Below are positions 1-12,690 of a stretch of DNA of 64,000 nucleotides, piece after piece. Source of the stretch: Octopus sinensis (taxonomy: Eukaryota); contig NC_043013.1 in the NCBI RefSeq assembly GCF_006345805.1, forward strand, positions 17,236,001-17,300,000. The letters run 5' to 3'. The notes under the pieces were generated by a model that was not told the DNA's origin, searched no databases, and saw only the letters and a list, made by a program, of their open reading frames with translations. The translations under genes and the position numbers were made by a program. Position 1 is the stretch's first letter; each line of letters opens with the position of its first letter.

Positions 1-1087
1 ACTTGATAAGCATTATCAGTTTATGGCTGGACATATATTATCAATGTGAAAAATTGAGTAGGCTTTATCCTCATGAAAACTTGGTCAAATGTGTTCAACA
101 AATTCTAATATAATTGGAATCTACACCATCTAAAGTGTATTTGTAGAAAATTTCATTAAAAATATCCATTTCACAAATTAGTGGTACACATTTGTGTGTG
201 TATGCTGATTACTTTAACATAAGTAATACTAAGATTACATTACTATTATATATCTACATTATCGGCTTGCTTCCCTTCACTTTCATTTTGTATGCAACAG
301 TATTTAATTATATAACTGCATGTTATATATCAACAAACAATACACTTCTTTTGTTTGGTTAGTATCAAAAAGGTGACAATAATGTGAATATGATGGATTC
401 AGTTTTTCACTACACAAATGTAGATAGAATAAGCGGTATTTACAATTATATCGTGTTTAGTAACACTTGTTTTTGGTGCTTATATATGTTGTGAGTTGAC
501 AGAGACACTTTCTTGGCTGTCCCATGTTTGACCTGGCAGAACATTGGAGATAAAACAACTAGACCATGATTTGACAGGATCCGATAGGTTCAAGGACTGC
601 ATTGTGCTCCAGTGTCTGCTTTGACATGGTTTCTACAGCTTGATACCCTTCTCAACACCAACCACTTTACAGTGTGTACTGAGGCTTTTCATCATGCCAC
701 CAACACTAGTAAGGATGTCATGCAGTTTGTAAGACTATAAATCTCCAAGAATGACAGCTTTAGGCTAGAAGACAAGGGGTTAAAGTATAAGAAAAGGGAC
801 CAGAGCAGAACAGGTTTTCTGTTGTAAAGGAGATACAAGACTACTCACATTTAAATAAAAAAGAGTGGGAGGGATCAAGTGGTGCTGGAAAGAGATAAAA
901 ATAACAATAAAGTATTTGGGTGGACCTTCAAGATACAAGGTAAGTAGCAAGGAACAAAGAAACCCTGCTTTCTCTTTCTTAAGAAGGACCAAAACATTAG
1001 AATCTTTAGTTTACATGCATATTCTAACCCCTGACTATCACACATTATTGTTCTTGTTGTCATAAATTTTTGTCTATTTTGTTGAAG

Positions 1088-1196
1088 GTATTTATCAGTG
1101 GAGGTATCAGACCAAGCATCATCTACCAAAGAGGGAGAAACTGAGAACAGCATGTATTTATTCGTCATGAAACGGTTTAGCCATGCACTCATCAAA
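1088..1196 (+). CDS. PIK3C3: PIK3C3/Vps34 coding exon (end of helical domain); first exon found in window, gene starts upstream
   Basis: ttgaag|G TAT TTA ... ATC AAA|gtaggt; encodes (W)YLSVEVSDQASSTKEGETENSMYLFVMKRFSHALIK, resembling Vps34 YVIVECED...MYLNVMRRFSQALLK; joins in frame to the next exon. Confidence 0.85.
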
Positions 1197-1614
1197 GTAG
1201 GTTTTACATTATTTCAGTTCCTGACTTATGTCTGTTTGTCTCTCTTACTCCTTCGTTTTTCTCTCTCTCTATTTATCCATCCCTCTGTTTCCATGTTGGG
1301 AGGAGTTAACCTGGGCTTGGTCAAGTATGAAATTAAGGAAGAAGTACTAGAGGGTATTCTGAATCCAGATGTAACCCTAGGATGGGGTTACATTGAGATG
1401 GTCCAAGGAAGGCTTGATGGGGTCAAGGCAGTTACTATGGTTAGAACCACTTCAAGCTAGAGGTTATATTACCATGGAAACATAACTGCACATTGCTTAC
1501 AAATTATGTGATAGAAGACATTGAAAGATCTATTTCTGTTTGAAATTGTCAATAAGAGTCAGTTACCAATGGATTTTCATTCATCAGTTAAAAATTTTGT
1601 TGTTGTTCTTACAG

Positions 1615-1731
1615 GGAGGCAAAGAATGTCGGTGGCGCCGTGCAATGCTGGCACGCCAGTCTGTGTTTATCGAAGGTCTTGTCAGTCTTGTAAAGATGGT
1701 AGCACGTGAAGGTGGCAACCGGAAAAAAAAG
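1615..1731 (+). CDS. PIK3C3: PIK3C3 coding exon, 117 nt
   Basis: ttcttacag|GGA ... AAG|gtaaaa; GGKECRWRRAMLARQSVFIEGLVSLVKMVAREGGNRKKK matches the Vps34 ...VQRESGNRKKK segment. Confidence 0.92.
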
Positions 1732-1834
1732 GTAAAAGTTTCATGTTGTTTCATTCCACCACAAATGATAGGATCAAATATAGAATTTGGTAATTTGATA
1801 CTGTCACACAAGATCTAAGATATTAACATCATAC

Positions 1835-2510
1835 ATAAACACATATACACCATGAACCATGCTAATAGCTTAGGAGTTTTGTTAGTGAACAGAACATGTC
1901 TGACATCATGTACTTTTGGGCCCATTGAAGCCTCAGACTCCTGTGACAGGACATTAAAGGAGGTAGTTTCAGGAGTTCTCACATGGAAGCCATGGTCCCG
2001 AGGATGCAATTTCTGGTGGTCTTTGGTATATGAAGAAGTCCAGAGGTGGTGAAAATGGCTTTGCTTGTTTGTCTAGGTTTCCCATGTAACTTGCAGCCAA
2101 TATTCCTTAAATTCCTAGCTGTCACAGTCTTGGAGGTCCCACAATTTGATCGTCTCTTTTTTGGTAAGGAGTCCTTCAGGAATCGTCTGTGTCCACATGA
2201 TGACCTAACTTCTCCGCAGTGACATGAAGAGAGATACCTTTAGCACTTGCCTTCATGACACTTCTCTTTACCACTAAGGCCTTTTCTATGTCCATTGTTC
2301 TTAGAGAGGAGAGATACTATTAGTGTAGTTCACCCAAAAACTGAAGAGTCTGAGATAAAAAAGAAATGACGTTACACAGAGTAACGAACACATAACAATG
2401 GTGTTGCCATAGTGTGAAAACCAGCTGGGAAAAGTTGTATCAAAATCAATTCACAGAAAATCGAGAAATCCTAAATTTCACTCCTTAGCTATTTGCGTAG
2501 TTCTGGGTGT
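1835..2510 (-). mobile_element. Degraded Tc1-like transposon fragment
   Basis: Minus-strand translation with frameshifts gives ...KTVTARNLRNI...PKTTRNCIL...RLQWAQKYM..HVLFT, resembling a Tc1 transposase up to the first catalytic Asp region. Confidence 0.5.
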
Positions 2511-2600
2511 ACACATACAACAGCCTAATTTATGCGGTCATTGTATCTGCTGGAAGTAGCATCCAAAACACTGCTGACTTAAAACAAGAAGTACACTTTG

Positions 2601-2635
<35 letters not shown>

Positions 2636-2950
2636 CTCAAGGTAAACTGTGTAATATAACTCCATGTTAAGTTGGAGATAAAGATTGCCTTCAGGTATTT
2701 ATACAGCTTCTATCACTGTTAATTATATATAGTAATGTTTGTTTTTTATGTCAAGTTGTAATAAAAGCAATTTAACATTAAACTGAAGAATTACTTGAAT
2801 CTTTTTTAGAGAGTACATGCTTATTAAACTTTTACATAAAGGTTAGCAGCCTGAAGTTACTTTGAAGTCGCTATTGCCCCTCTTGTTATAAAAGTTTAAT
2901 AAGTGTGTGTATATATATATATGATCATATTTCCTTCTTCTGCTCCTTAG

Positions 2951-3091
2951 ATTGAAAAGCTACAAGGATTATTAAGAGATCCTCTCGAAGCATTCAAGTT
3001 TAATTTTGCTGATTTTGAACCTCTACCTCTTCCTCTTGACCCTGATGTATTAGTGCGAGCTATCATACCTGATAGAGCCTCGCTATTTAAG
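2951..3091 (+). CDS. PIK3C3: PIK3C3 coding exon, 141 nt
   Basis: ccttag|ATT ... AAG|gtaagc; IEKLQGLLRDPLEAFKFNFADFEPLPLPLDPDVLVRAIIPDRASLFK. Confidence 0.95.
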
Positions 3092-3377
3092 GTAAGCTAA
3101 CTAATAGTTAACAATTACTAATTAATGATTAATTCAAGTTTGCAGGCCTTTTTGGATTAATGGATTTTGGAGATAATATCATTGTTTGATTATGCATAAG
3201 AACAATTTGTGTAGCCATGCACTATAACGAATTTGAGGGTCATAATTTCTGGATTGCAATTCAGATCTAGTCTGGGACTCTTTGAATTCCATTACTATCA
3301 GAACCACAAATGCACTTTCATAGTTAAACTCTGTGTGTGTGTAGATATATTTGTATGTATATATTAAAGAATGGCTG

Positions 3378-3670
3378 TCATCATCATCATCATCGTTTAA
3401 CGTCCGTTTTCCATGCTACCATGGGGTGGATGGTTCAACCGGGATCTGGGAAGCCTGGAGGCAGCACCAGGCTCCAATCTTATCTGGCAGTGTTTCTACA
3501 GCTGGATGCCTTTCCTAACGCCAACCACTCTGTGAGGGTAGTGGGTGCTTTTTACGTACCACTGGCACAGGGGCCAGAGGAGGCTGGCAAGCGGCCGCGA
3601 TCGGTTGGTGCTTTTACGTGCCAATGACACGGACGCCAGTCAGGTGGCGCTGGCATCTGCCACGTTTGGA
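3378..3670 (-). mobile_element. RTE-associated 3'-tail repeat (ORF-less), ending in (GAT)n
   Basis: Shares GCACCCACTAC...GTGGTTGGCGTTAGGAAGGGCATCCAGC...CCCATG..AGCATGGAAA..GACG.TAAACGATGATGAT with copies at 14640-15015, 24860-25215, 40550-40858, 42295-42555, 57858-58420 and with the tail of the RTE remnant at 47040-47340. Confidence 0.8.
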
Positions 3671-5094
3671 CAGTGTAAGAATTTATTTCATAGCTGCATG
3701 GTTTAGTGTTCAATCCACTATGCATCTTGAACAAGTGTATTCAACAATAACTTCAGGCCAACTAACAACAGTGTTTTGTGAATGAATTTGGTAGACAAAA
3801 ACACCATGTAGAAGCCTATTGTATCATAATCATCATCATTTAACATCCCTTTTTCCATGCTGGCATGGGTTGGATGCCAGCCAAAGTGTTGCACCAAGTT
3901 CTAATGTGTTTTGGCATGGTTTCTACCCTTTTCTATTCCTAACACCAACCACTTTTATATACATATATATATATACAATGGGCTTCTTTCAGTTTCCATC
4001 TACCAAATCCACTCACAAGGCTTTGGTCAGCCCGAGGCTATAGTAGAAGACACTTGCCCAAAGTGCCATGCTGTGGGACTGAACCCGGAACCATATGGTT
4101 CGTAAGAAAGCTACTTACCACACAGCCACTCACTCCTAGGATCCCTTGACAATGTAAACTTCATTTGATTAAGGTACTTTTGGCTCAGCAAGTAGCTAGT
4201 AGATTACCCCTTGTTTGGGCTATTACTACTTCCCAGATTCTGCAAGCTATGAAACATCAGATGTCTGTAGGGGTCCTGTAGAGGAAAATAGAAAACAAAG
4301 GAGTTCATAGGTAAAAAATGATTGAGAACCCCTGCTCCTGACACATTCATGTTTATAGAAATACACACGTGTGTGTGTGTGTGTGTATTCAAGGCAGACG
4401 TTTACACTGTTTTATATTTATATCTACACTCTTACATATGTGCATGTGTGTTTGCAATAAGTAATATAAACAGATCCTCACTAAAGGTTTTATCTTATCC
4501 ATTTTATGGTTGACTGGATTAAGAAGTGGATTTGGAAAGAAATTATATAATAACGGTTAAGTAGTTTAAATGGTATTCTCTACATTTTTTGATGATATTG
4601 TGGCAAATTGGCAGAATGTTTAGAAGCTTTGGACAAAACACCTTGTAAAATATGTTCCAGCTTTTTGCGTTCTCAGTTCAAATTCCACTGAGGTCAACTT
4701 TGCCGTTCATCCATTCTGTGGTCAATAAAATAAACTTAGGGAATCCAAGATTGTGGATTGACAGGTTTACTAGTGTCAGAGAGAACATATTGTGGTATTT
4801 TTTTTCAGCTTCCTACATCCTGAATTCCAAGACAGCTGTGGGGGATTTGCCTGTTTCTAGCAGACAAGATGGTGTCTTGTAGACAATACCAAAAAGGAAT
4901 TGTGTGTTACCCCATGGTACTTTGTGTATGAAAAGATTCTGTAACATCCTGCAGATTTTGTGAATGATTTCTCTATCATTGTCATCATCATCATAATCAT
5001 TTAACATCCATTTCCCATGCTGGCATGAGTTGGATGGCTTGACTGCAGCTGGTAAGGCCAGGGGCCATGCCTGACTCCATTGTCTATTCTTATT

Positions 5095-5322
5095 TCTTTA
5101 CTGCCCACAAGGGGCCACACACAGAGGGGACAAATAAGGACAGACAAACGGATTAAGTCGATTATATTGACCCCAGTGCATAACTGGTACTTATTTAATT
5201 GACCCCGGAAGGATGAAAGGCAAAGTTGACCTCGGCGGAATTTGAACTCAGAACGTAGCAGCAGATGAAATACCACTAAGCATTTCACCCGGCATGCTAC
5301 CGGTTCTACCAGCTCGCCGCCT
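5095..5322 (-). mobile_element. tRNA-headed SINE nested inside an RTE-tail copy (4980-5420)
   Basis: Reverse complement of the family copy at 56365-56620; the host tail sequence resumes on both sides. Confidence 0.75.
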
Positions 5323-5550
5323 TTGTCTATTCTGGCATGGTTTCTCCAGTTGGATGTCCTTCCTAATGCCAGCCACTCTACATAGTGTACTGGATACTTT
5401 CTATATGGCACCAGCAATATAATATGTCCTGAAACACTGAATCTTTGGATTCTTTCGTATCATGTTCTTCAAGATATTTTTATATTATATTTATGTATCT
5501 GTAATGTGTACATTTGTGTGGATATCCCAATCTCTTCTGTTTTAATCTAG

Positions 5551-5679
5551 AGTGCCTTGATGCCCTCCCGCCTGTCTTTCTGTACAAGTGATGGCAATGA
5601 GTATGTGACCATTTTCAAACATGGTGATGATCCCAGGCAGGACCAGCTCATACAACAAATACTCACACTCATGGATAAG
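5551..5679 (+). CDS. PIK3C3: PIK3C3 coding exon, 129 nt (kinase N-lobe, catalytic Lys region)
   Basis: atctag|AGT ... AAG|gtaagg; [43 protein letters not shown]. Confidence 0.96.
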
Positions 5680-6549
5680 GTAAGGCTGCCCTCATGCTTC
5701 ACTCTCTTTATTGCATCCCCTCTCCCCACCCCACCCTGTTAAATATATTTATAATCTCTTTATAATAATAAATATAAATGTTGCTTTGTTGACTTCTCCT
5801 GGCACACTTTACAACATATAGTGAAAGGAGGAGAAAGAGTAAAAGAGAGATACAGAAAGAATTAACTTAAGAGAGGTGTAGGATGAGTATCCTATAACTT
5901 TCTGAACAATACACAATTTTTTTTTTTTTATGAAATTTTGTAGAGATAGGTTTTCATAGTAGATTGTAATTATGTTGATGAAATGTAGAGAAATAACCAC
6001 ATGTAAAACAAGTAGGATATTTGGGCTGGACATGACCTGTTTAAATGCTAAAGGGTTAATAGTCTGGGAAATAATAATCTTAATAATGAGTCCTCTGAAA
6101 CATTTAATTAACTTTAGGCACGAATAAGGTACTTGATGAAAGGTCAAGGTGTTTGAGTCATAGTATAGGTATAAATATTGTAAATATACATTTTCAAACT
6201 AAAGTTTCATTAACAACTCATCTCGTATATTTAGATATCTAACCCTTTCCTGACTATGTTACTAATTTCAGTATTATAAAAAAATTTTTGTTAGGTTTTT
6301 TTTTTTAGTTAAGCACCTGTAAGTTTATATAAGTTGATGTTGATGTTGTGAGATATTGGTCAAGAATATATTTAAATGTGAACATTTTAATTTTAATGTG
6401 AACATTTTAAGTAACATAAATAATATTTACCTAAAAAATGGTGGGGATTAATGAAGTGTTGTATAATTCTGTTAATTTTACTGAATGACTCTGTGAGCCT
6501 TACATCATAAAATTAAAACACTGAACTATCTTTTCATTGTTCTTTTTAG

Positions 6550-6619
6550 CTGCTCAAACGAGAAAACCTTGACTTAAAATTGACTCCCTACAAAGTACTT
6601 GCTACAAGTAATAAAAATG
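6550..6619 (+). CDS. PIK3C3: PIK3C3 coding exon, 70 nt
   Basis: tttttag|CTG ... AAT G|gtgtgt; [23 protein letters not shown](G); phase 1 matches the next exon. Confidence 0.95.
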
Positions 6620-7776
6620 GTGTGTATTACTCTAAAATAATTTACTATTGTTGGTGGTGATGATGATACAAATATAGTCAAGTTATTGAACTTCTTGTCA
6701 TTATCATCATCATCATAACATCCACTTTTCCATGCTTTCATGGATCAAACAATTTGTCGGAGCAGATTTCATATAGCCTGTTGCCCTTCCTGTCACCAAC
6801 CCTCACCTGTTTCCAAGTAAGGTAATATTTCCCAATGGCTTAACATGTTTTTCACAGAAGACTGGAAGCAGACAACACTGCTTGGATGATAGTGATGTCA
6901 GGTAACTCCTATCGTGCAATGCCAAGATATACTCAAACATACACAGATACCCAGATATATATAAAAGACTTCCTTCAGAATCCATCTACCCATTTTAGCC
7001 ATTCAAAAAACACACAAAAGCTGTTGACTACACTTAAACATCTATTATGTCATGTCAAAATTTTTGTTGCACTCACTGCAACCAAATCACTAACACAGTT
7101 CTACTGTACAGATCTATAGAACTCGGTCAGTGCAACAAAAGTTCTGACATGAAATAATAAATGTTTAAGTAAAGTTAACAGCTTTTCCTTGTTTTTTGAT
7201 TGGCTAAAATGTGTCTTCCTTATTGTAATTGCTTTAGTTTTCAATACATGGTCTTAGTTCAAGTCACTTGCCTGACAAGTACAGTTCCAAAATATACATA
7301 AATGCATGTACAGGCATGGCTGTGTGGTTAAGAAGCTTGCTTTCCAATCATGTGATCTTAAGTTCAGTCTGTGTGTGTGGCACTGTGGGCGTCTTGTACT
7401 ATAGCCTCAGATTGACCAAAGCCTTGTGAGTGGATTTGGTAGACAAAAACTGAAAGAAGCCTGCTGTGTGCGTGAATGCAAAGGCATGCACATTAGTCTC
7501 TGTGTGTTTACCTATGTTTTGACATCATGTAATGATTGTAAACAAGCATCAGTCATACAAGCAATATTGTTTATTTCCAGTCTTTCGTGGAAGATTGGTC
7601 ATGGGAAATTGCTCGAAAACAGGTGACGATTTGCAACAAGAAGGGCATCTGGCCATAGAAAATCTGCCTCAACAAATTCTGTCTGACCCATACAAGCATG
7701 GAATATAGATGTTAAATAATAATAATAATACTGATACACACATCATCATCATCTGATTTTATGTTTTCTATTTCAG

Positions 7777-7926
7777 GTTTTGTCCAGTTTATTGAGTCTG
7801 TGTCTGTGGCAGAAGCTCTGGCCAGTGAAGGCAGCATTCAAAACTATTTCCGTAAACAAGCTCCTGCTGAGGGGGTACCTTATGGCATATCTCAGGAAGT
7901 GATGGACAACTATGTAAAAAGTTGTG
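7777..7926 (+). CDS. PIK3C3: PIK3C3 coding exon, 150 nt (hinge region)
   Basis: tttcag|GT TTT ... TGT G|gtaaga; [50 protein letters not shown](A). Confidence 0.96.
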
Positions 7927-8707
7927 GTAAGACCAGCATCCAACCATTACTTGGGACCACTTCCGGTCACTCTTTCTTATTGTTTATGTTATATATAAAA
8001 ACTTTCACCAAGTGAAGTCACTTATCATCCATTATCATTTAGCATCTGTCTGCTATGCTGGCTGGGTTGGACTGTCTGACAGGATCCAGTGGGCCCAAAG
8101 ACTTTGTCAAGCTCTGTTTTTGGCATAGGTGCCTGTCCTAATGCCAGCCATTCTACAAAGTTTGCTGAGTACTTTTATCATGACACTGACACTAGTGCGA
8201 TCACCAAGTAATTTGCTAGACAAGAAAAAACAAGGCCCCTTGACTGTGGTGAGTTTGTACTAGAAAGGGAGGTGGCTTTGTGTTGGGTGTTGAGAGGCTG
8301 TGACAGAGGGACAGGCACCGATGTCTTATGGCTTGCTCACATTGTATAAGAGTGGGTGAAAATACCTGGAAAGAAGACAATGATGGTGGTGACAAAGAGT
8401 CAGAGCATACTCTCGTAGTACAATAGGATGAATAAATATAAGAGAAAATATGGATAAAGATTTAGGAAGCGTAGTTCATAAGAGTGTAAGAGGTGAGTAG
8501 ATAATGTAATCCAAAATATACTTCATCTGAAAAAAAAGATCTAACTAATGATCACAGCTGGGACACTTTTGATCTTAGGTTTTCTGGATCCCAGCTGACC
8601 AAGGGCTAAATAACTGCAGCTGTAGTTGTTTGTAATAGCCAATGTTGAATCTGATAGGAGTGGGTTTGTTTTTGTTTTTTATTCCGTATAAATCTTTAAT
8701 GAAGTGA

Positions 8708-8947
<240 letters not shown>

Positions 8948-9294
8948 TGAAAACCTGTATGTGGTTGCTCATTGCTAGAAACAGCAGCTGAATTTCTCTC
9001 AAATCACACTCTATTGTCTTAGAAAATTACATTTTTAATCACATGGTCCTGGATGCTCTGTTTCCAGATAAAAGATAGGATGGTCACAACTGGAATGTCT
9101 CTGATCTTAGGTCTACTTGATCAGGCCTATCTTGAGACTAAACAATAACTACCACACTCTAGTCCCCATCTACCAGTCTACTACAAGGTCAATGATATTG
9201 ACTAAACCTTATCCCCTCAAAATTGCTGGCCTTGTGTCTAAATCAGAAACTGTTGTTCTCATAAATATTTAAGAAAATTGTTCTTGTTTTGTAG

Positions 9295-9463
9295 GTCGTC
9301 TTTTCCATGTAGATTTTGGTTACATCTTGGGCCGAGATCCAAAACCTCTTCCTCCACCAATGAAACTCAGCAAAGAAATGGTAGAAGCTATGGGGGGAAC
9401 CAATTCTGACCATTTCCATGACTTCAAAAAGCTTTGCTACACAGCATTTCTTCATCTACGCAG
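9295..9463 (+). CDS. PIK3C3: PIK3C3 coding exon, 169 nt (DFG and activation loop)
   Basis: ttgtag|GT CGT ... CGC AG|gtgaga; [56 protein letters not shown](R). Confidence 0.97.
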
Positions 9464-9505
9464 GTGAGACATTATTATTATTATTATTATTATTGTTATT
9501 ATTAA

Positions 9506-9978
9506 GGCAGTGAGCTGGCAGAAACATTAGCATGCCAGGCAAAATGCTTAGCAGTATTTCGTCTGTCTTTGTTTTGAGTTCAAATTCCACTGAGGTCAAC
9601 TTTGCCTGTCATCCTTTTGGGGTCAGTAAAATAAGTACCAGTTGAGCACCAAGGTTGATGCAATTGACTTATCCCTTACCCAAAATTGCTGGCCTTGTGC
9701 CAAAATTTGAAACCACTATTATTATTATTAGGCCTTGTGCCTATAGTAGAAAGGATTATTATTATTATTATTATTAAAGCAACGGGCTGGCAGAATTGTT
9801 AGCACTCTGTACAAAATATTTAGTGGCATTTCTTCTGGCTCAAATTCTACCAAGGTCAGTTTTGCCATTCAGCCTTTTGGGGTCAGTAAAATATGTACCA
9901 ATTGAGCACTGGGGACAATGTAATTGACCAGTTCCCTTCCCCTAAAAAATTTTAGGCTTTGTCTCTATAGTAGAAAAG

Positions 9979-10027
<49 letters not shown>

Positions 10028-10320
10028 TTACTATCAGAGCAGTAGCTGGCGAATCAGTAGAACAGAAAATTACAAAAAAGCCTTTCAATATCTTTGTTCC
10101 TTTTAAGGCAGTGAGCTGGCAGAATGGTTAGCACACCAGGCAAAATGCTTAGCATTTCTTTTGACTTTACATTCTGAGTTCAAATGTCGCTGGTATCAAC
10201 TTTGCCCTTCATCCTCTCAGTGTCAATCAAAATAAGGACCAGTTGAGCATTGGGGCAAATGTAATCAACTTACACCCTCCCCAACAATTGCTGGCCTTGT
10301 GCCAAAATTTTAAACCTTTA
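9506..10320 (+). mobile_element. Three head-to-tail SINE copies separated by (TTA)n tails
   Basis: Repeats of GGCAGTGAGCTGGCAGAA..TTAGCA...GAGTTCAAATTC...GTCAACTTTGCCTTTCATCC.TTTGGGGTC..TAAAATAAGTACCAGTTGAGCA...GGCCTTGTGCC; A/B-box-like head; the central block resembles the MetaSINE conserved domain (recalled, unverified). Confidence 0.85.
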
Positions 10321-10494
10321 TTATATTCCTTTATATAAAGGTATTCAGTTCTAACCAGGGTCAAGTTTACTTTTTCTTTTTTTTTTGTTCCAAGGTTGGG
10401 AAGATCAGTACCAGTGAAGTATTGGAATTAGAGTATTAAGGAATTATTCTCAATCCTCAAAAATATGTGGTTTTATGCCTTTCTCAGAAAATTG

Positions 10495-11050
<556 letters not shown>

Positions 11051-11481
11051 TAAATGTGTCCCACCATCCAACTCCATTCTAAACACTTTTTCCTATCCTT
11101 CTTGCCGTGAACTGATACCAACTCCCTAGAATTTCCTCCCCAGACACTTTCTTAGAGATGTTCTTTGTTGAACGTCAATTTTCTGCAAACTGAGAAGTTG
11201 ACTTGTAAAGATCATACCTCACACCTCTCCTTCTGATTATATATGTGATAGCAAAAGAACAAGTTTGATCTCTAAACTTGTGTATTTTGCACCATGCATA
11301 ATACATCATGCACAGGCATGGCTGTGTGGTTAAGGAGCTTGATTTGCTACCATGTAGTCCAGTCCCATTTCATGCCAACATGGTCAAGTGTCTCCTATAG
11401 CTTCAGGCCAACCAATACCTTGTGTGTGAATTTGGTAGACAGAACCTGTGTGAAAGCTCGTCACACATGCACACATACATG

Positions 11482-11689
11482 CAGGAGTGTTGAAAAGCTC
11501 CTGGCTTTAAGGGTATCACAAAAGGCCTGGTTGGAAGCTCAACTTTCTGAGTTCTTGTACAGGGCTTAGAAAAACTGAAGGAGCACTGCAACAAATGCAT
11601 GAATTTAAGAGGGGAATTTATTGAATAAAACCATAATTAACTGTTCCTCCTGTATTTTCTTTTACCCAAAGCCAGAAACTTTTCAGGCA
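11482..11689. mobile_element. Mariner-derived MITE (second copy at 60964-61164)
   Basis: Inverted ends CAGG.GTG.TGAAAAG.TCCTGGCTTT / AAAGCCAG.AACT.TT.CAGCA; the interior encodes a GLEKLKEHCNKCMNLRGEFIE* mariner-like C-terminus. Confidence 0.75.
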
Positions 11690-11760
11690 TATGTATGTGT
11701 GCAAGCATGTATATGTGCCTTGTGTGCATCCATTTGTATCTGTGTGTCTTCATGTATGTA

Positions 11761-11805
<45 letters not shown>

Positions 11806-11845
11806 AACTACATCAGTTTGAAATATCCATTCCAATCTTTTTCAG

Positions 11846-11971
11846 GTCCAAGATAAATTTGCCCTTCACCTGACTGATGAAGAAGCTGTCCATTATATGC
11901 AAAATTTGATTGACGACAGTGTTTCAGCTATAATGCCTGCCTTTGTGGAGCAACTCCACAAGATGGCTCAG
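11846..11971 (+). CDS. PIK3C3: PIK3C3 coding exon, 126 nt
   Basis: tttttcag|GTC ... CAG|gtaagt; [42 protein letters not shown]. Confidence 0.96.
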
Positions 11972-12675
11972 GTAAGTCTTCTGTTTTCATTGTAAACCCT
12001 CCTCTCATCACCCCAGCCCTTCCCCCTCTCCATCCAACATGTTATGGCAGGAGAATGGACGAACCAGTTGACCACCAGACAAAGCACATATTGGTATTTG
12101 GTTATATTCTACCACCAAATCTTTCCCAGATCCACTTTGCTTTTCAACCTTCTGAAGTTAATAAATGATGTACTGTGACTGTGGTTGAGGCAATGAACTA
12201 TATACCCCAAGCAGTGATGTTCCACTTTGGCCACAAATTGAAATCAGTTAAAAAAACAAATTGTCCAGCCACCAAAAATTTAAGTGCCAGTATTCTTATA
12301 TAGTTTATTTGCTTGATTGACTTTTTCAGTCTCCACTTTGTTAGTTAGGTGAACAACTACAGAAGCCAGGAAGTCCAACATTTTTAATTATCAATGATTT
12401 AGAAAGCATAAATAGAAAACTAACCTCTATTTTTTTTATTTTTAAATTTTATTTGATTTAATATGTAATTCCTACTGTGAATCTAAAAATTGTAAATTCT
12501 TTTTTTTTATAACAATAGAACTCAAAGTAGATAAATAGGATTTTTTAACCTATGTTATTATTTATAGTTTTATCTACTTCAATTTTGTACCATTTAAAAA
12601 AAAAACAATTTACTTAATATCTATTGACATTTCTAAATTCTTTTAATATAAATATTTGCTTTTTATCTTTGACAG

Positions 12676-12690
12676 TACTGGAGGAAATGA
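12676..12690 (+). CDS. PIK3C3: PIK3C3 terminal coding exon YWRK-stop
   Basis: ttgacag|TAC TGG AGG AAA TGA; this is the conserved Vps34 C-terminus. The 11 exons sum to 1192 nt = 1 carried base + 397 codons including the stop. Confidence 0.95.
   Translation, partial: YWRK

Noticed and set aside
1098-1460. 120-aa standalone ORF with a hydrophobic segment
   Set aside because: Only 1088-1196 is a PIK3C3 exon; the rest is intron after the GTAGGT donor.
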